Source of the DNA: Rhynchopus sp. YZ270_cl-10
Lineage: Eukaryota
Direction: 5' to 3'
Assembly (NCBI GenBank): GCA_964035575.1
Contig: OZ037835.1
Span: forward strand, 1 to 64,000
DNA: 64,000 nt
Shown here: positions 31,901 to 42,700 of the stretch, one piece after another
Layout of the letters: every line of letters begins with the position of its first letter
How positions within the stretch are numbered: the first letter of the stretch is position 1
Program-made: the position numbers and the translations under genes
The notes under the pieces: model-generated
What the model saw: only the letters and a program-made list of their open reading frames with translations
Database searches by the model: none
What the model was told of the DNA's origin: nothing

Positions 31901-34900
31901 GGAGAAGGCGATGGTCCGGGAGGTGCGGAATGGGAGGATGGCAGCAGGGATGAGCCGCCTCCACAAGGGTGGGCTGGCAGAGCGTACTGAGGAATCCACA
32001 GACATCCTCCGCAGAAAGCACCCCCATGAGGAACCCCAACCTGCCACTTCTCTGCCGGAAATTGCTTCCGAGCCGCTGAAGCCGATCGCCGCCCTCAAAG
32101 CCATAAATAGCATGGCAAAGGGCTCTGCTCCAGGTCCCTTTGGTCTGCGCGGGGATCACCTCAAGGGGTGGATGGTCAAACACCCGGACCTGAACATCTT
32201 GCCACTGATGACGCAAGTCCTGGACCTGCTGCGACGCGGGAAAGCCCCCTCCGAGACAGCTATGTTCATGGCAGGAGCTACTCTGGTGGCGTTAAAGAAG
32301 GGTGACCAAGGCGACGTCCGCCCCATCTCTGCAGGCAACACACTTCGGCGAGTCGTGAGCAAGATCGAGGTGGCGTCTGTGAGGGAAAAGGCACGAGGAG
32401 TGCTGCTGCCAGGGAGACAAGTTGGGGTGGCGGTGGACGGTGGACTGGAAGCGGCGACAATGGTTGTGGCAGCATACGCAAAACGACACCAGGGGAGCGA
32501 CAAAGTGATCGTACAGATTGACTACGAGAACGCATTCAACAGCATCTTTCGCAAGACTTTTCTGGAAGCCACAAGGAAATATCTCCCGTCCATTTCACCG
32601 TGGGTCGAATGGTGCTACAACTCCCACACCGGGCTAGTGTATGGTGACGAGATGATCCCATCCACCAGAGGCGCGCAGCAAGGCGACCCCGCAGGGCCCC
32701 TACTCTTCTCCCTGGGGATCAAAGCACTGACAGACGAAGTGCGTGCAGTCCAGGGCATCGACTGTAGCATCTGGTACCTCGATGATGGGACGATCATGGG
32801 GAACCCAGAGGCGGTGGCTCGAGCGCTGGAGTTAGTGAGGACACGCAGTGCGGAGCTGGGGCTGAAGGTGAAGCTGTCAAAGTGTGAAGTCATCGCCCTA
32901 GGACAGCAGACTCCGTTGGACCTGGACAGAGCTGGCCTCCCCGTGTGCAGCCACACCACTGACTTGGCGGAGACTTGCTCAGCCTGTGAAGGAAAAGTGA
33001 TGAGCGTGAAGTATGGAGGCTTTGCGTTCCTGGGGGCGCCAATCGGGGACGACGAGTACTGCGAAGCGTACATGGAGAAGAAGGTGGAGGAATTCGCGGT
33101 GCAACTGCGTCTGCTGCAGAAGGTGTCTGACTCGCAGGCTGGACTGACATTACTCCGTCAGTGCGAGGGGTTTGCACGCATGGTTTTCTACATGAGAGCC
33201 ATTGGTCACGCGTGCACCCACAAGTACCTCAGCCAGTACGACAAGGAGGTAGACGCTGCCCTGGCCGCGCTTTTTGGTGATGAGGATGGAGGCCTGCCGG
33301 AAGAAGCACGGAGACAGGCCGCACTGCCATGTAGGGTAGGGGGCATGGGCGTGCGCCGCATCCGCGACCACTGGACTGCAGCAGCCATGGGAGCAAGGAG
33401 CGGCCTGCACCAACTGTGCACCGAACTGGACCCCAGCTTCACCTGGGACGCCGAAGGATGGGAACGGACGGCAACGCTGTACAACGAGCAAGTGGCTGAA
33501 GGTGCTAGGATTGACCCCAAGCTGCAGCCAGCCGTCCCCCTGCGTCAACGTGATCTGTCTGCAGGGATCCTGGAGGAACAATTGCGGGACCTCTTCGTCA
33601 AGGGTGATGCGTACGACAAGGCGCGTCTCAATTCTCTGGCCCTCCCCCAAGCAGGGTCCTGGCTTACTGCACCCCCCACCTGGGAGCACTACATCCCTCC
33701 GATTGCATTCAAGGCCGCAGCCAGACTCCGCCTCCACCTCCCCATATACGCGGAGGGTGTCTCATGCAGGCAATGCAACCAGCCCATGGACACCAGGGGG
33801 GACCACATCTTCGCCTGCAGAATGGGTGGGCATCGTATACTGCGACATAACTCAGTACGCGATTATGTGTATGGAGCAGCAAATGAGGCAGGTCTGAGCC
33901 CCATCCTGGAACCCAACCACCTCATCCTGGGCAACAACAAGCCCGCTGACATTCTGCTGTCCACAGGGGTCGGGGAGTCGAGAGGACGAGCTATCGATGT
34001 GACTGTGTGGACGCCGACGTCAGCGTCGATGGTGCAGGGTGCCGCAGTCGCGAAGGGGTACGCGGCGACGAAGGCGGAAACTGCCAAGAGGAAGAAGCAT
34101 GGTGACGCGTGTGCGGCGGAGCGGCTGGCGTTCACACCCTTCGCCCTGGAGACCACAGGAGGTCTGGGACCCGCGGCGGCGTCGATATGGCAGCAGATGC
34201 TCCGTTTCGCAGCGGACAGGAAGCTTGGGAACAGAGTGGAGATGTCACAGAGGTGGAATTGGGGGCTAGGGACGACGCTGCAGCGACAGATCGGGAAGGC
34301 CGCGACGGATCGAGGGTCTCTGACTGGTTGCCTGAGGGGTCCTCTGCGAGAGCGTGTGGACTTAGATCCCACCGTCGACCCGGAAGAGGGGGACTTGATA
34401 CGCTTGCCCCCCGACCATCTACCTAACCTGGAAGTGACAGACGACCACCAGGGAGACATCAGGGTGAGTGCGGAGGAGGAGCCAGAGACAGGCAACGAGA
34501 AGGAAACGGCGCCAGAGACAGCAGCACAGGACCCAACCCCCCACAGCGAACTGGAGGCCAACTTGGTGAAGTGGGGGCTGTCCCGACCGCAGGTGCCCGT
34601 GCCGTTCCGAGTAGGAGACTGTGCGTTCGACGCAGTGTGCTGGTCAGTGCGGAGCTGGAAGGTGGTGACATCGTCGACCCTTCGGTCCCTGGCGGTGGAG
34701 AGAGTGAAGAGAGATGCTGACCTGGCGAGAAATGCGATGCCCGACCTCGCGACCTGGGTGCGATGGATGAGCCTGGCAGGGAACAGGGATCGCAGGTCGT
34801 GGGCGGACCAGACAGCACTGGCGGGTCTGGCACGGGCTTTGCAGGTAGTCATTGTGGCGGTCGTGTCATCGGACTCTAAGGTGCACATCCATAGACCAGC

Positions 34901-35939
34901 CAGCAAGTCGAACGGGGCCGTAGCAGTGCTGCACACAGGAGCTCACGAGGCTGGCCACTTCTCGCCGTTATGCATGACAGACAACACGTTTGCATATCTG
35001 CGAAGCCTTGCCCCCGACACCCCCCTTCCAGAGATGCAGTGCCACAGCACCGGAGCGCTGTCACGGATGGAGGAGCGCCCGGGGAGACAGGGGGAATTGC
35101 TCACGTGCGAAAACTGCGCACTCATCACCGAATGTAGTGTCCCCCACTGGTTTTGTAGTTCCTGCGAGCGCACATGGTGTGAGGGATGTGGGAGCGCCAA
35201 CGCAAAGTGTGTGCTGAGGGCAAAGCCAGTTCAGCCAGTTCAGCCAGTTCAGCCGACAACATCGCAGACAGTGGGAGGTAGCTACTACAACAGCAACCCA
35301 GCTCCCCCACAGGACGCGGCAACGGAGGTGAAGGAGGAGGTTATGGATGAGGAGGATTCCGCCGACTGCGCCGACCACGACACCACCATGGACAACAACA
35401 CCGCAACCGCAGCAGAATCCTTCGTCTGGGGGCCATCAGAGCAGAGCTACAACACCACACCAACAGCTCTGACTGGTGACCACCACTTGGGTTCAGCGAA
35501 GACTGGTGGATGGACGGCTAAGTCCCACGCGGAAAGAAGGACGAAGCTGACCACCCTTGGGACTTCGCGGCGGGCGCAGGGGAACCACACTCGTCGCTCC
35601 GGTGTAGTGGAGGACAGGTCTGCGGAGACCACAGCAAGGCGGCCTTCTCCCCCTATCTCGCGAGGGTCGGATGTGGAGGCGAAAGGGTTAGTCCCACACA
35701 GCCAGAAGGAAGGGGACAGGGTGCCGAGAAATGTCGAAGAGTGGGCGGACTGCTTCTTCCCCAGGGGAGGGACCAGGCGAGAGGGAATGACTCCCTTGGC
35801 ACCGGAGGTGGCGTACGAGGCGCTGGACGCGTGGTGGGATCAGCGGGAGGAGCTGGGGCGCGTCGGAGGACGGCAGACGAGTCAGTACGGGGCGCTTAGG
35901 GCGGTCCTGGTGCTGATGATGGAGGCGACCTTCAAATAG
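28935..35939 (+). CDS. Retrotransposon polyprotein: OTU - C2H2/C4 Zn - RT - CCHC - RLE - OTU - Cys-rich finger (first ATG 28947)
   Basis: NGECMY..WGNH..NHY; RPISAG, DYENAFN, QGDP, YLDD; CRQC..DHIFAC; RHN..PADI..DVT..K; GDCAF..WAD..GHF. Confidence 0.93.
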   Translation: MVVKMCRWSAQLWAMVLLCGAMDDGGGDSRSWCSNMSNMRSSSSMSRSSMSSSMSSSSMCSSSMSSSIVSRSTAINISTSHGCGRHVSRVGSSTPTQHSQVPRSRCSNMSSHDWSDGLYGSVYCNNSGSNNHTSNIYTCSNGRKGFMCSGYRSCRCTPIPPHYYPKKRPVPNNPSGCSFDSSNNNNNYNNGGRHWMRGRTLDVRADSISSNNSNYNNSGRQWMRGRTLDVRAGSISSNNNNNYNNSGRQWMRGWTLDVRADSISSNNSNYNNGGRQRMRGRTQDVRADSISSNNSNYNNNRNTSNNNSISGTCSSTDSNSNSSSSNCSNNTVGGGERGMLVFGASLAGREGQSYCVTLRVWGTFITPNVHMGRAEHGLGFDWWSILWERLSSLRRPDPRWVAEAPEWGVFVSFAVLDMWKDRRAPTLSHLILWLVGRRGTRRTRRGHRSLNWTKAQASRFRRRKAPCKRPPSQLFRRIRAAVVRVALQWVAIWALVCVGYELGRSAPRALGCALIRDAELLSVLLRKGLLQGRYRARSGRLWLRVLASRVWVFMQRLRRPAGTGDGWELSPQSISLGPGALAGGADGDINPEEAANLDAFLEVHGGKRVPNAANGECMYVALLGKKNALYLDVSKARTELADRARVTKVKTGLRRYFETEAQLSSFIDGLTNPEVWGNHLTLHLAANAWSTTIAVVQPGPNPVVTINPAASSKDLRTQKDRRVRVVSLLNNHYEEVQMDPKNALAMVQSAPFAELDPKGLTATPIPAMTKESPSPLGADAPRLFCPVPCCNGSSLHRPQPFSVPGLRTHIGAHLSSGDHIPHDTLNKLGLGQCEACGGIRSASKETCLQCAKLVKAIAKPTPRERTAVEKADDVDLPEWWEIAQIPIRTTDAIPTSIDRPAAVEFTQALEDVAAVGDEASWKRLCMFAKLVLPAKRGGKHLKTKVAVLRQKDVDEWREGEIAAMWRAAANRTGGTKKEKERKEPTWEEREKAMVREVRNGRMAAGMSRLHKGGLAERTEESTDILRRKHPHEEPQPATSLPEIASEPLKPIAALKAINSMAKGSAPGPFGLRGDHLKGWMVKHPDLNILPLMTQVLDLLRRGKAPSETAMFMAGATLVALKKGDQGDVRPISAGNTLRRVVSKIEVASVREKARGVLLPGRQVGVAVDGGLEAATMVVAAYAKRHQGSDKVIVQIDYENAFNSIFRKTFLEATRKYLPSISPWVEWCYNSHTGLVYGDEMIPSTRGAQQGDPAGPLLFSLGIKALTDEVRAVQGIDCSIWYLDDGTIMGNPEAVARALELVRTRSAELGLKVKLSKCEVIALGQQTPLDLDRAGLPVCSHTTDLAETCSACEGKVMSVKYGGFAFLGAPIGDDEYCEAYMEKKVEEFAVQLRLLQKVSDSQAGLTLLRQCEGFARMVFYMRAIGHACTHKYLSQYDKEVDAALAALFGDEDGGLPEEARRQAALPCRVGGMGVRRIRDHWTAAAMGARSGLHQLCTELDPSFTWDAEGWERTATLYNEQVAEGARIDPKLQPAVPLRQRDLSAGILEEQLRDLFVKGDAYDKARLNSLALPQAGSWLTAPPTWEHYIPPIAFKAAARLRLHLPIYAEGVSCRQCNQPMDTRGDHIFACRMGGHRILRHNSVRDYVYGAANEAGLSPILEPNHLILGNNKPADILLSTGVGESRGRAIDVTVWTPTSASMVQGAAVAKGYAATKAETAKRKKHGDACAAERLAFTPFALETTGGLGPAAASIWQQMLRFAADRKLGNRVEMSQRWNWGLGTTLQRQIGKAATDRGSLTGCLRGPLRERVDLDPTVDPEEGDLIRLPPDHLPNLEVTDDHQGDIRVSAEEEPETGNEKETAPETAAQDPTPHSELEANLVKWGLSRPQVPVPFRVGDCAFDAVCWSVRSWKVVTSSTLRSLAVERVKRDADLARNAMPDLATWVRWMSLAGNRDRRSWADQTALAGLARALQVVIVAVVSSDSKVHIHRPASKSNGAVAVLHTGAHEAGHFSPLCMTDNTFAYLRSLAPDTPLPEMQCHSTGALSRMEERPGRQGELLTCENCALITECSVPHWFCSSCERTWCEGCGSANAKCVLRAKPVQPVQPVQPTTSQTVGGSYYNSNPAPPQDAATEVKEEVMDEEDSADCADHDTTMDNNTATAAESFVWGPSEQSYNTTPTALTGDHHLGSAKTGGWTAKSHAERRTKLTTLGTSRRAQGNHTRRSGVVEDRSAETTARRPSPPISRGSDVEAKGLVPHSQKEGDRVPRNVEEWADCFFPRGGTRREGMTPLAPEVAYEALDAWWDQREELGRVGGRQTSQYGALRAVLVLMMEATFK

Positions 35940-36761
35940 AAGGGCCTCGCGATTGGTTGTGATTGTGGTTTATGTGGGCACTGTTGCCCTTCCCTTCTCT
36001 GTTATTTTCCCCCACCCCAACTTTTGTGTGTAGCAACACCTGTTTAGTTCCCTGTTTCCTTTTTACCCCCAACCCCTCCCATTAGATACATGTGTGTAAT
36101 CCCCCTGGTGTCAAGCCCCTTGTATGTAAATTCCAAATCTTCCCCCTCACAGAAAACGTCAGGAGTAAGCCAAGGAGGCGGTTTGTCTGTGGGCGTCGGC
36201 CTAGGAGTAAGCGACGGAGATTTTTTCCCCCACCCCATCCCCTACGAGTTCCATGGGGGGTCGCTACTGGCGTTAATCATCCAAACAAAAAAGACTACAA
36301 GAGACAAAACAAAAGTAACAAGAAAGGAACTTCGTATTGTAAAAAGAAAGCCCCATCCCGCCCCTTCCTCCCCTCCAGAACCAGCTGGGCACCAATACTG
36401 GAAATACAGCAAAACCACACAGACTGGACAGTCTATATTCACCCCTGCCTCTCCCGTGTTAATGTTCACCCCTCCTTTATCCCAAATTGTCATAGAGCTA
36501 AATATAGTTGTATGCCTCGCTTCGCTCGGCAAACAACGATACATAATAGGGCGACATGCTGATGACAAATATCTCCCTCGTTTAATTCACTTTTGTGCCT
36601 CGTTCTAACTAAACCGGCACATGTACTGATTGTAAGACTTTTGGCCCTCGCTTCGCTCGGACCAAGCGCCTTTCATGTGCATTATAAACGTACCCCCCTT
36701 GCCCTGTCCAGTTTGATGTGGAACAAAAAAAAGTCGAGCCTAGGGCTAAGTTGAACAACAC

Positions 36762-36804
<43 letters not shown>

Positions 36805-36909
36805 TCCATAGCGAAAAAGGGGGAGGGGGAAAAGACTTTCTTATTCGCGACATATTTTATCCTAGAGACCCCCCTGGCGTAGCAAAGCTACTTAAACAAG
36901 TTTACAGTA

Positions 36910-39686
36910 TGTGGGTTGTGTGTGTGGGTGTGTGTGTGTGTGGGTGTGTAGTGTGTGTGGTGTGGGTGGCGCACAGCCTAAAGTAAAAACTAAAAAACTA
37001 AGGTTTTTTAGGATTTAGGATTTATATCTGAACTGGAGTGTGCGTACTGGGCAGTTTCACTACTCAGTACACACACTCCTGTTAGCTGAACTGGCTTTTC
37101 AGGCGAAAAGTGGCCTGTTGGAAAAGTGGTGTTTTTGTGGTAAACGCCAGCTGGTCTGAAGAGTGATCTGACTATATTCTCCAGGTATAACTGGTACTCA
37201 AAAAATGCATTAACGAAGGAATCGTGCACTTTTGACCACCACACATTACATGTGTTTTTTCAGGTTTTTCAAGGCAAAAATGCTGATTTTGGCATAATGC
37301 CAAGTGTCATTTACTAAAGAAATTTTTGAACAGGACTGTCTTAATATTTTTTTTTCCGCCTCAATATCCCCAAACACAATGTACCCAAAAAAGTCACTTT
37401 CTGATGAGCAAAAGTTTAGTGAAATGTTTCGAAAAATCCACCTGTGGTGAGGGGGGTGTGTGGGTGTGTGGGTGTGTGGGTGGGTTGTGTGTGTGGGTGT
37501 GTGGGTGGCGCACAGCCTAAAGTAAAAACTAAAAAACTAAGGTTTTTTAGGATTTAGGATTTATATCTGAACTGGAGTGTGCGTACTGGGCAGTTTCACT
37601 ACTCAGTACACACACTCCTGTTAGCTGAACTGGCTTTTCAGGCGAAAAGTGGCCTGTTGGAAAAGTGGTGTTTTTGTGGTAAACGCCAGCTGGTCTGAAG
37701 AGTGATCTGACTATATTCTCCAGGTATAACTGGTACTCAAAAAATGCATTAACGAAGGAATCGTGCACTTTTGACCACCACACATTACATGTGTTTTTTC
37801 AGGTTTTTCAAGGCAAAAATGCTGATTTTGGCATAATGCCAAGTGTCATTTACTAAAGAAATTTTTGAACAGGACTGTCTTAATATTTTTTTTTCCGCCT
37901 CAATATCCCCAAACTACACAATGTACCCAAAAAAGTCACTTTCTGATGAGCAAAAGTTTAGTGAAATGTTTCGAAAAATCCACCTGTGGTGAGGGGGGTG
38001 TGTGGGTGTGTGGGTGTGTGGGTGGGTTGTGTGTGTGGGTGTGTGGGTGGCGCACAGCCTAAAGTAAAAACTAAAAAACTAAGGTTTTTTAGGATTTGGT
38101 GACGGGCTAAAAAACCTGTCGTTCTTGTGACACTTCCATGGAAACGTGATGAGGACCACACTTTTTTTACAGGTGGTTTTTTTTGTAAGCACCTCACGCA
38201 CTGGGCAGGCGGTCAGCTATTCGCTTCCCGCGGGGCGTTCGCGTGCGCGCTTCGCGCGCCCGCTCACGGTAACGCATCACAAAAAAACCTCACTCATGCC
38301 TTCATGAACTGGCTTTTCAGGTGAAAAGTGCCCTGTTAAAAAGTGGTGTTTTTGTGGTAAACGCCAGATGGTCTGAAGAGTGATCTGACCATATTCCCCA
38401 GGTATAACTGGTACTCAAAAAGTTCATTAACGAAGGAATCTTGCACTTTTGACCATCACATATTACATGTGTTTTTTCAGGTTTTTCAATGCACTTTCCT
38501 GTACTGGGAAGCATGCCACAAGTGTCATGTTTTACAAGGTAAAAATGACCAAAAAAGCTGATTTTTGGCCGAATGCCACATGTCATTTGGCAGTCCATTT
38601 TTTGAACAGGACTGTCTTAAATTTTTTTTTTGGGCCTCAATACCCCCAAACAACACGTTAAGCCCAAAAAATTCACTTTTGGATGAGCAACTATTTATTT
38701 AAAAAAATCGATTTTTTGGTCAAATCCCCTCTGGATGGTGAGGGGGTGTGTGTGTGTGTGTGTGGGTGTGTGTGGGTGTGCTGTGTGTGGGTGTGTAGTG
38801 TGTGTGGTGTGGGTGGCGCACATCTCTATAGTAAAGACTAAAAAACTAAGGTTTTTTAGGATTTTACTTGGACAGCGAACCTCTGCCTTGATTCCTCTCA
38901 CGCTCAGCAGGCGAGTTGCCTCAACTCTCCAGACCTGTGCTGCAACACAGGCCTGCACCTTTAGCCGCTTTTCGCTTCATGCCCCTCATCTGGCGCACTA
39001 CTAACGGGGGACGCCCCGTGTAGGCACATCGGTAGGATTTGGTGACGGGCTAAAAAACCTGTCGTTCTTGTGTGACACTTCCATGGAAACGTGATGAGGA
39101 CCTCACTTTTTTTTACAGGTGGTTTTTTTTGTAAGCACCTCACACACTGGGCAGGCGGTCAGCTATTCGCTTCCCGCGGGGCGTTCGCGTGCGCGCTTCG
39201 CGCGCCCGCTCACGGTAACGTGTACAAAAAAACCTCACTTGTGCCTGTAAAGTGGCCTGTTAAAAAGTGGTGTTTTTGTCGTAAACTCCAGATGGTCAAA
39301 AGAGTGATCTGACCATATTCCCCAGGTTTAACTGGTACTCAAAAAGTTCATTAACGAAGGAATCTTGCACTTTTGACCATCACATATTAGATGTGTTTTT
39401 TCAGGTTTTTCAATGCACTTTCCTGTGCTGGGAAGCATGCCACAAGTGTCATGTTTTACAAGGTAAAAATGACCAAAAAAGCTGATTTTTGGCCGAATGC
39501 CACATGTCATTTGGCAGTCCAATTTCTGAACACGACTGAAAAAAAATTTTTTTTTGGGCCTCAATACCCCCAAACAACACGTTAAGCCCAAAAAATTCAC
39601 TTTTGGATGAGCAACTATTTATTTAAAAAAATCGATTTTTTGGTCAAATCCCCTCTGGTGGTGAGGGGGTGTGTGTGTGTGTGTGT
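36910..39686. repeat. Continuation of the ATTT-element array (two 539-bp family-B units plus family-A units)
   Basis: Same right end GGTTTTTTAGG-ATTT. B units carry the hairpin GGAGTGTGCGTACTGGG/CTCAGTACACACACTCC. Confidence 0.8.
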
Positions 39687-39748
39687 TTGATAACTAGTAG
39701 GGGTAATTCTTGCTCAGAATATGGCCCCAAAAAGGGGGGGGGGGGTGC

Positions 39749-42700
39749 TCACGTCACGGCAGACGCCCCCGAAGGGTCGTGACGGTGATGCAGTGGTTGA
39801 ATGCCTTCCTGGGCCGCGTGCTTGAATTGCGGGTGGCAGGAGTGGCAGCATTCGTTTAGGCTTTTTCTGTCCAAGTGGCAGGCCCCACAGCGCGTCAATC
39901 TGTGGCTCAGGCAGAAGTCCATCACAAGCTCAAGGCCATCATCCTCTCTGTGGTGCAGGTTGCAGCAGGTTTCCACTACGGCTCGCACTTTCACACAGGA
40001 CACACATCTGACTTTTCCGTGGCTCTCACATGAGATGATTTTGGCGTTCTTGCGGGCCCCCGCGGGGGCAGGTCGCGGGGGTCTGGACCTGAAGGCTGCA
40101 GTGTCCACCGCCGCTCTGCCCCGTGCCTGGCTGGATGCCTCCGTCCAGTTCGCGGCGTAGTGGTCCTGGGGGTAGAACCGTGCTGCCCATGCTTGGCTCT
40201 CCTCATACAGGATGGAGCTAGGGCCATGCGGCTGTTCGCTGCGGATGTTGTGGGCGTTGAGGTGGCGGAGGACGGCCTCTGTCTTGGCGGAAAGCACAGC
40301 CCGTCGGTTTACCCCTTGCACCACTGTCCCTCCGAGCGCTGTCAGACTGGTGACACCTCCCTCTTTGCCTCTGGTCCAACTGTCGACTTGGACCACACTG
40401 CGTAGGTCACGGGTGAGGCTCTGCAGTGACAGTGCTTTGGCCCATACGCTCTTTTGGAAGAGAGGGTATTCTGCAGCTGCCTGGCTTAGCTGCTCCGCCC
40501 TCGCAACTTCGACCGTATCCATCGCTTCATTGCTGAGAGCGTCAGCGTCAGTGTTGAGGTTCCGCTTGACGTGGCGCCATTCGATGACGTAGCGGGGTTG
40601 CAGGTCTCGGATTTGGGCCCTGATGCGGTGGAGGAATGGCTGGAGGTTCTCTTTGCATGTTGTGTTCCCCTTGATGTGCTCGATGATCAGTTTAGAGTCA
40701 CCGTATATGGTCGCCTGGCCACACACTTCTGGGGGTAGGTCGCGAAGAAGGCAAAGGCCACTGCTAGCCCCTTCGTACTCGGCAACGTTGTTGCTTCTTG
40801 CAAATGGCAGGGGCGTAGCTACGGATGCTGCCTTCACCCCGTCGATGTAGACAACTGCTCCTGCCCCTGCCCTCGCAAATACCGTACCGTTCTGTCTAGC
40901 ACCACCATCAAAGAACACCTCTGTGCCCTGGCGGCCTTCTAGGGTGTTGCGCACAGTGCACACGGTTTGAGACGCACAGTATGGCTGGTATCTACGGTTC
41001 TTGATACCCGGCAAGGAAAGTCCCGTGGTCAGCTCGAAGTCTATTGCGAGCTCAATGTAGCTAACGGAGTGCTCCGATCCGTTATGCGCCCATTGCAGAC
41101 TGTTTACCCAGTGGTTGGTTGCGTACCATAGGTCTTCACTGTGTTTCCATATGGCCCCCACGTCTTGGTAACGCAGTGAAGGGAGTTGCACTCGCATGGG
41201 TTGGGGAGAAGACCATCCCCATGGGTAGTCAACCAGGCGGTGGTGGCGGGCCGACTCTGCTGGGCGGTCATCTCGAATCTGTCTTTGCCTGACTATCTCT
41301 ATGAATAGCCTTTGCAGATTTCTCACTAGTGCGATCCTCTCGTGGTCGTCTCGCGGGAGAACGTTGTCGTGGCAGTCGTGACGGTACCGTGGTGCCACCC
41401 CGCAAATGACCAGACAGTTCGGCCAGTCCGTCCTGTCCGCGGCTGCGACAGGGTGACGGCTGCGTACCTCCTCCCACGCACTGCATTCCCACCACATATG
41501 GCGAACTGTTTCGCGGGCTTCGGTCTCACAGTAAGGGCATCCGTCGGTGATGAGGCCGGATCTACCCGTTGTTGTCATTGCCCCTGCGATGATGGAGCGA
41601 AGGATGCCTTTCTGGTACCCGGTTAAGTTGCTCTCGGGGTCTTCCAGCAGGTGCCTGGTCACTCTGCCGTCAACACCATGTTGGAGTCCGTCGTAGTCGC
41701 TCGATCGCTTGTTCGCAAGGGACCTCATTAGGGCATTCCGCAGTTTGTGACGTGCCTCGGCCTCGACTGACGTGGCTTGCTTTTCGGTGAGGGTGTCAAC
41801 GTCCAGCAGGGTTTGGTCTCCTGATTCGTTGGTGAATCTGACTTGGTTGGGGGCAACCCAGTCCCACCCCAAGGCGTTCAGTGATTCATTGAGGAGGAAG
41901 AACGGTCCGTAGGACAGGGAATCTCTGTGCTGCCACGCCACCGCACATAGATGTCTGCAGTTTTCTCTTCTCATCTGTTTGATCCACGCACGTAGCCTGC
42001 GAATGTGGAAGACCATCTCCGGGTCTAGTCGGTGGCCGTGCTGTAGGATGTGCATGACCGCCACCACAGCACGTCGCGAAGGCCCGGTCCAGACAGCTGC
42101 TGTGAAGTTTTTCTGAAGTTTTGCCCGTTTCTCCGGGGACAGGTAAGTCACGGACGCGCCATAATAGCACTTTGACCCCGCAGTCATTGCCGCTATGTGG
42201 TCTCGGTGGTTTACTGGTGTTGGGAGGGACCGCACCCTTCCCAGGTTCTTCACCGCGTTTGAGGACCTGTTGGAGATGCGATTGGAGACGGGCAAGGAGC
42301 TAAGGTTGGTGCCTGGTTGTGCGTGCTGCATGACCCCTGTGCTGTCGAAGCTGTTCTTGACAGGGAGGAACGTCGGAGGGTTGTGGCACATTAGCTCTCC
42401 GGTTTGCACGTTGATCACCTTGATTTCACATGGGCGCGTGCGGCACGTGGAGAAGGTGAGCGACTTTGAGACGCTGATGTCCATCTGGGTGTGGTGAGAG
42501 AAGATCACTGTTCGGTCAACGGCCATCTGCTGGAGCTGGTGAGATGGGGCAGTGGCGTAGATGTCGTCAACGAATGATGTGGTCTCAGCCCCCTTGCTGT
42601 CGACCTCACGCATCCATACGCTGATAACAATGTTTATTAGGATCACACTCAATGGGCACCCCTGCATGATACCATTGGTTGGTGTGAAGGGTTCTCCCAC

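Larger units (their letters stand above)
28702..36800 (+). mobile_element. Full-length CRE/SLACS-like RLE non-LTR retrotransposon, family 1
   Basis: 5' ribozyme, single long ORF, ~820-nt 3' UTR, poly(A) 36763-36800, flanked by A-tracts. Confidence 0.93.
24342..36909 (+). mobile_element. Helentron/HINE-like non-autonomous element interrupted by two retrotransposons
   Basis: Inverted repeat 24342-24367 / 36851-36874, then twin hairpins GTAGC-AAA-GCTAC and TAAAC-AA-GTTTA. Inserted in a GT tract; no TSD is needed to explain the junctions. Confidence 0.55.
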
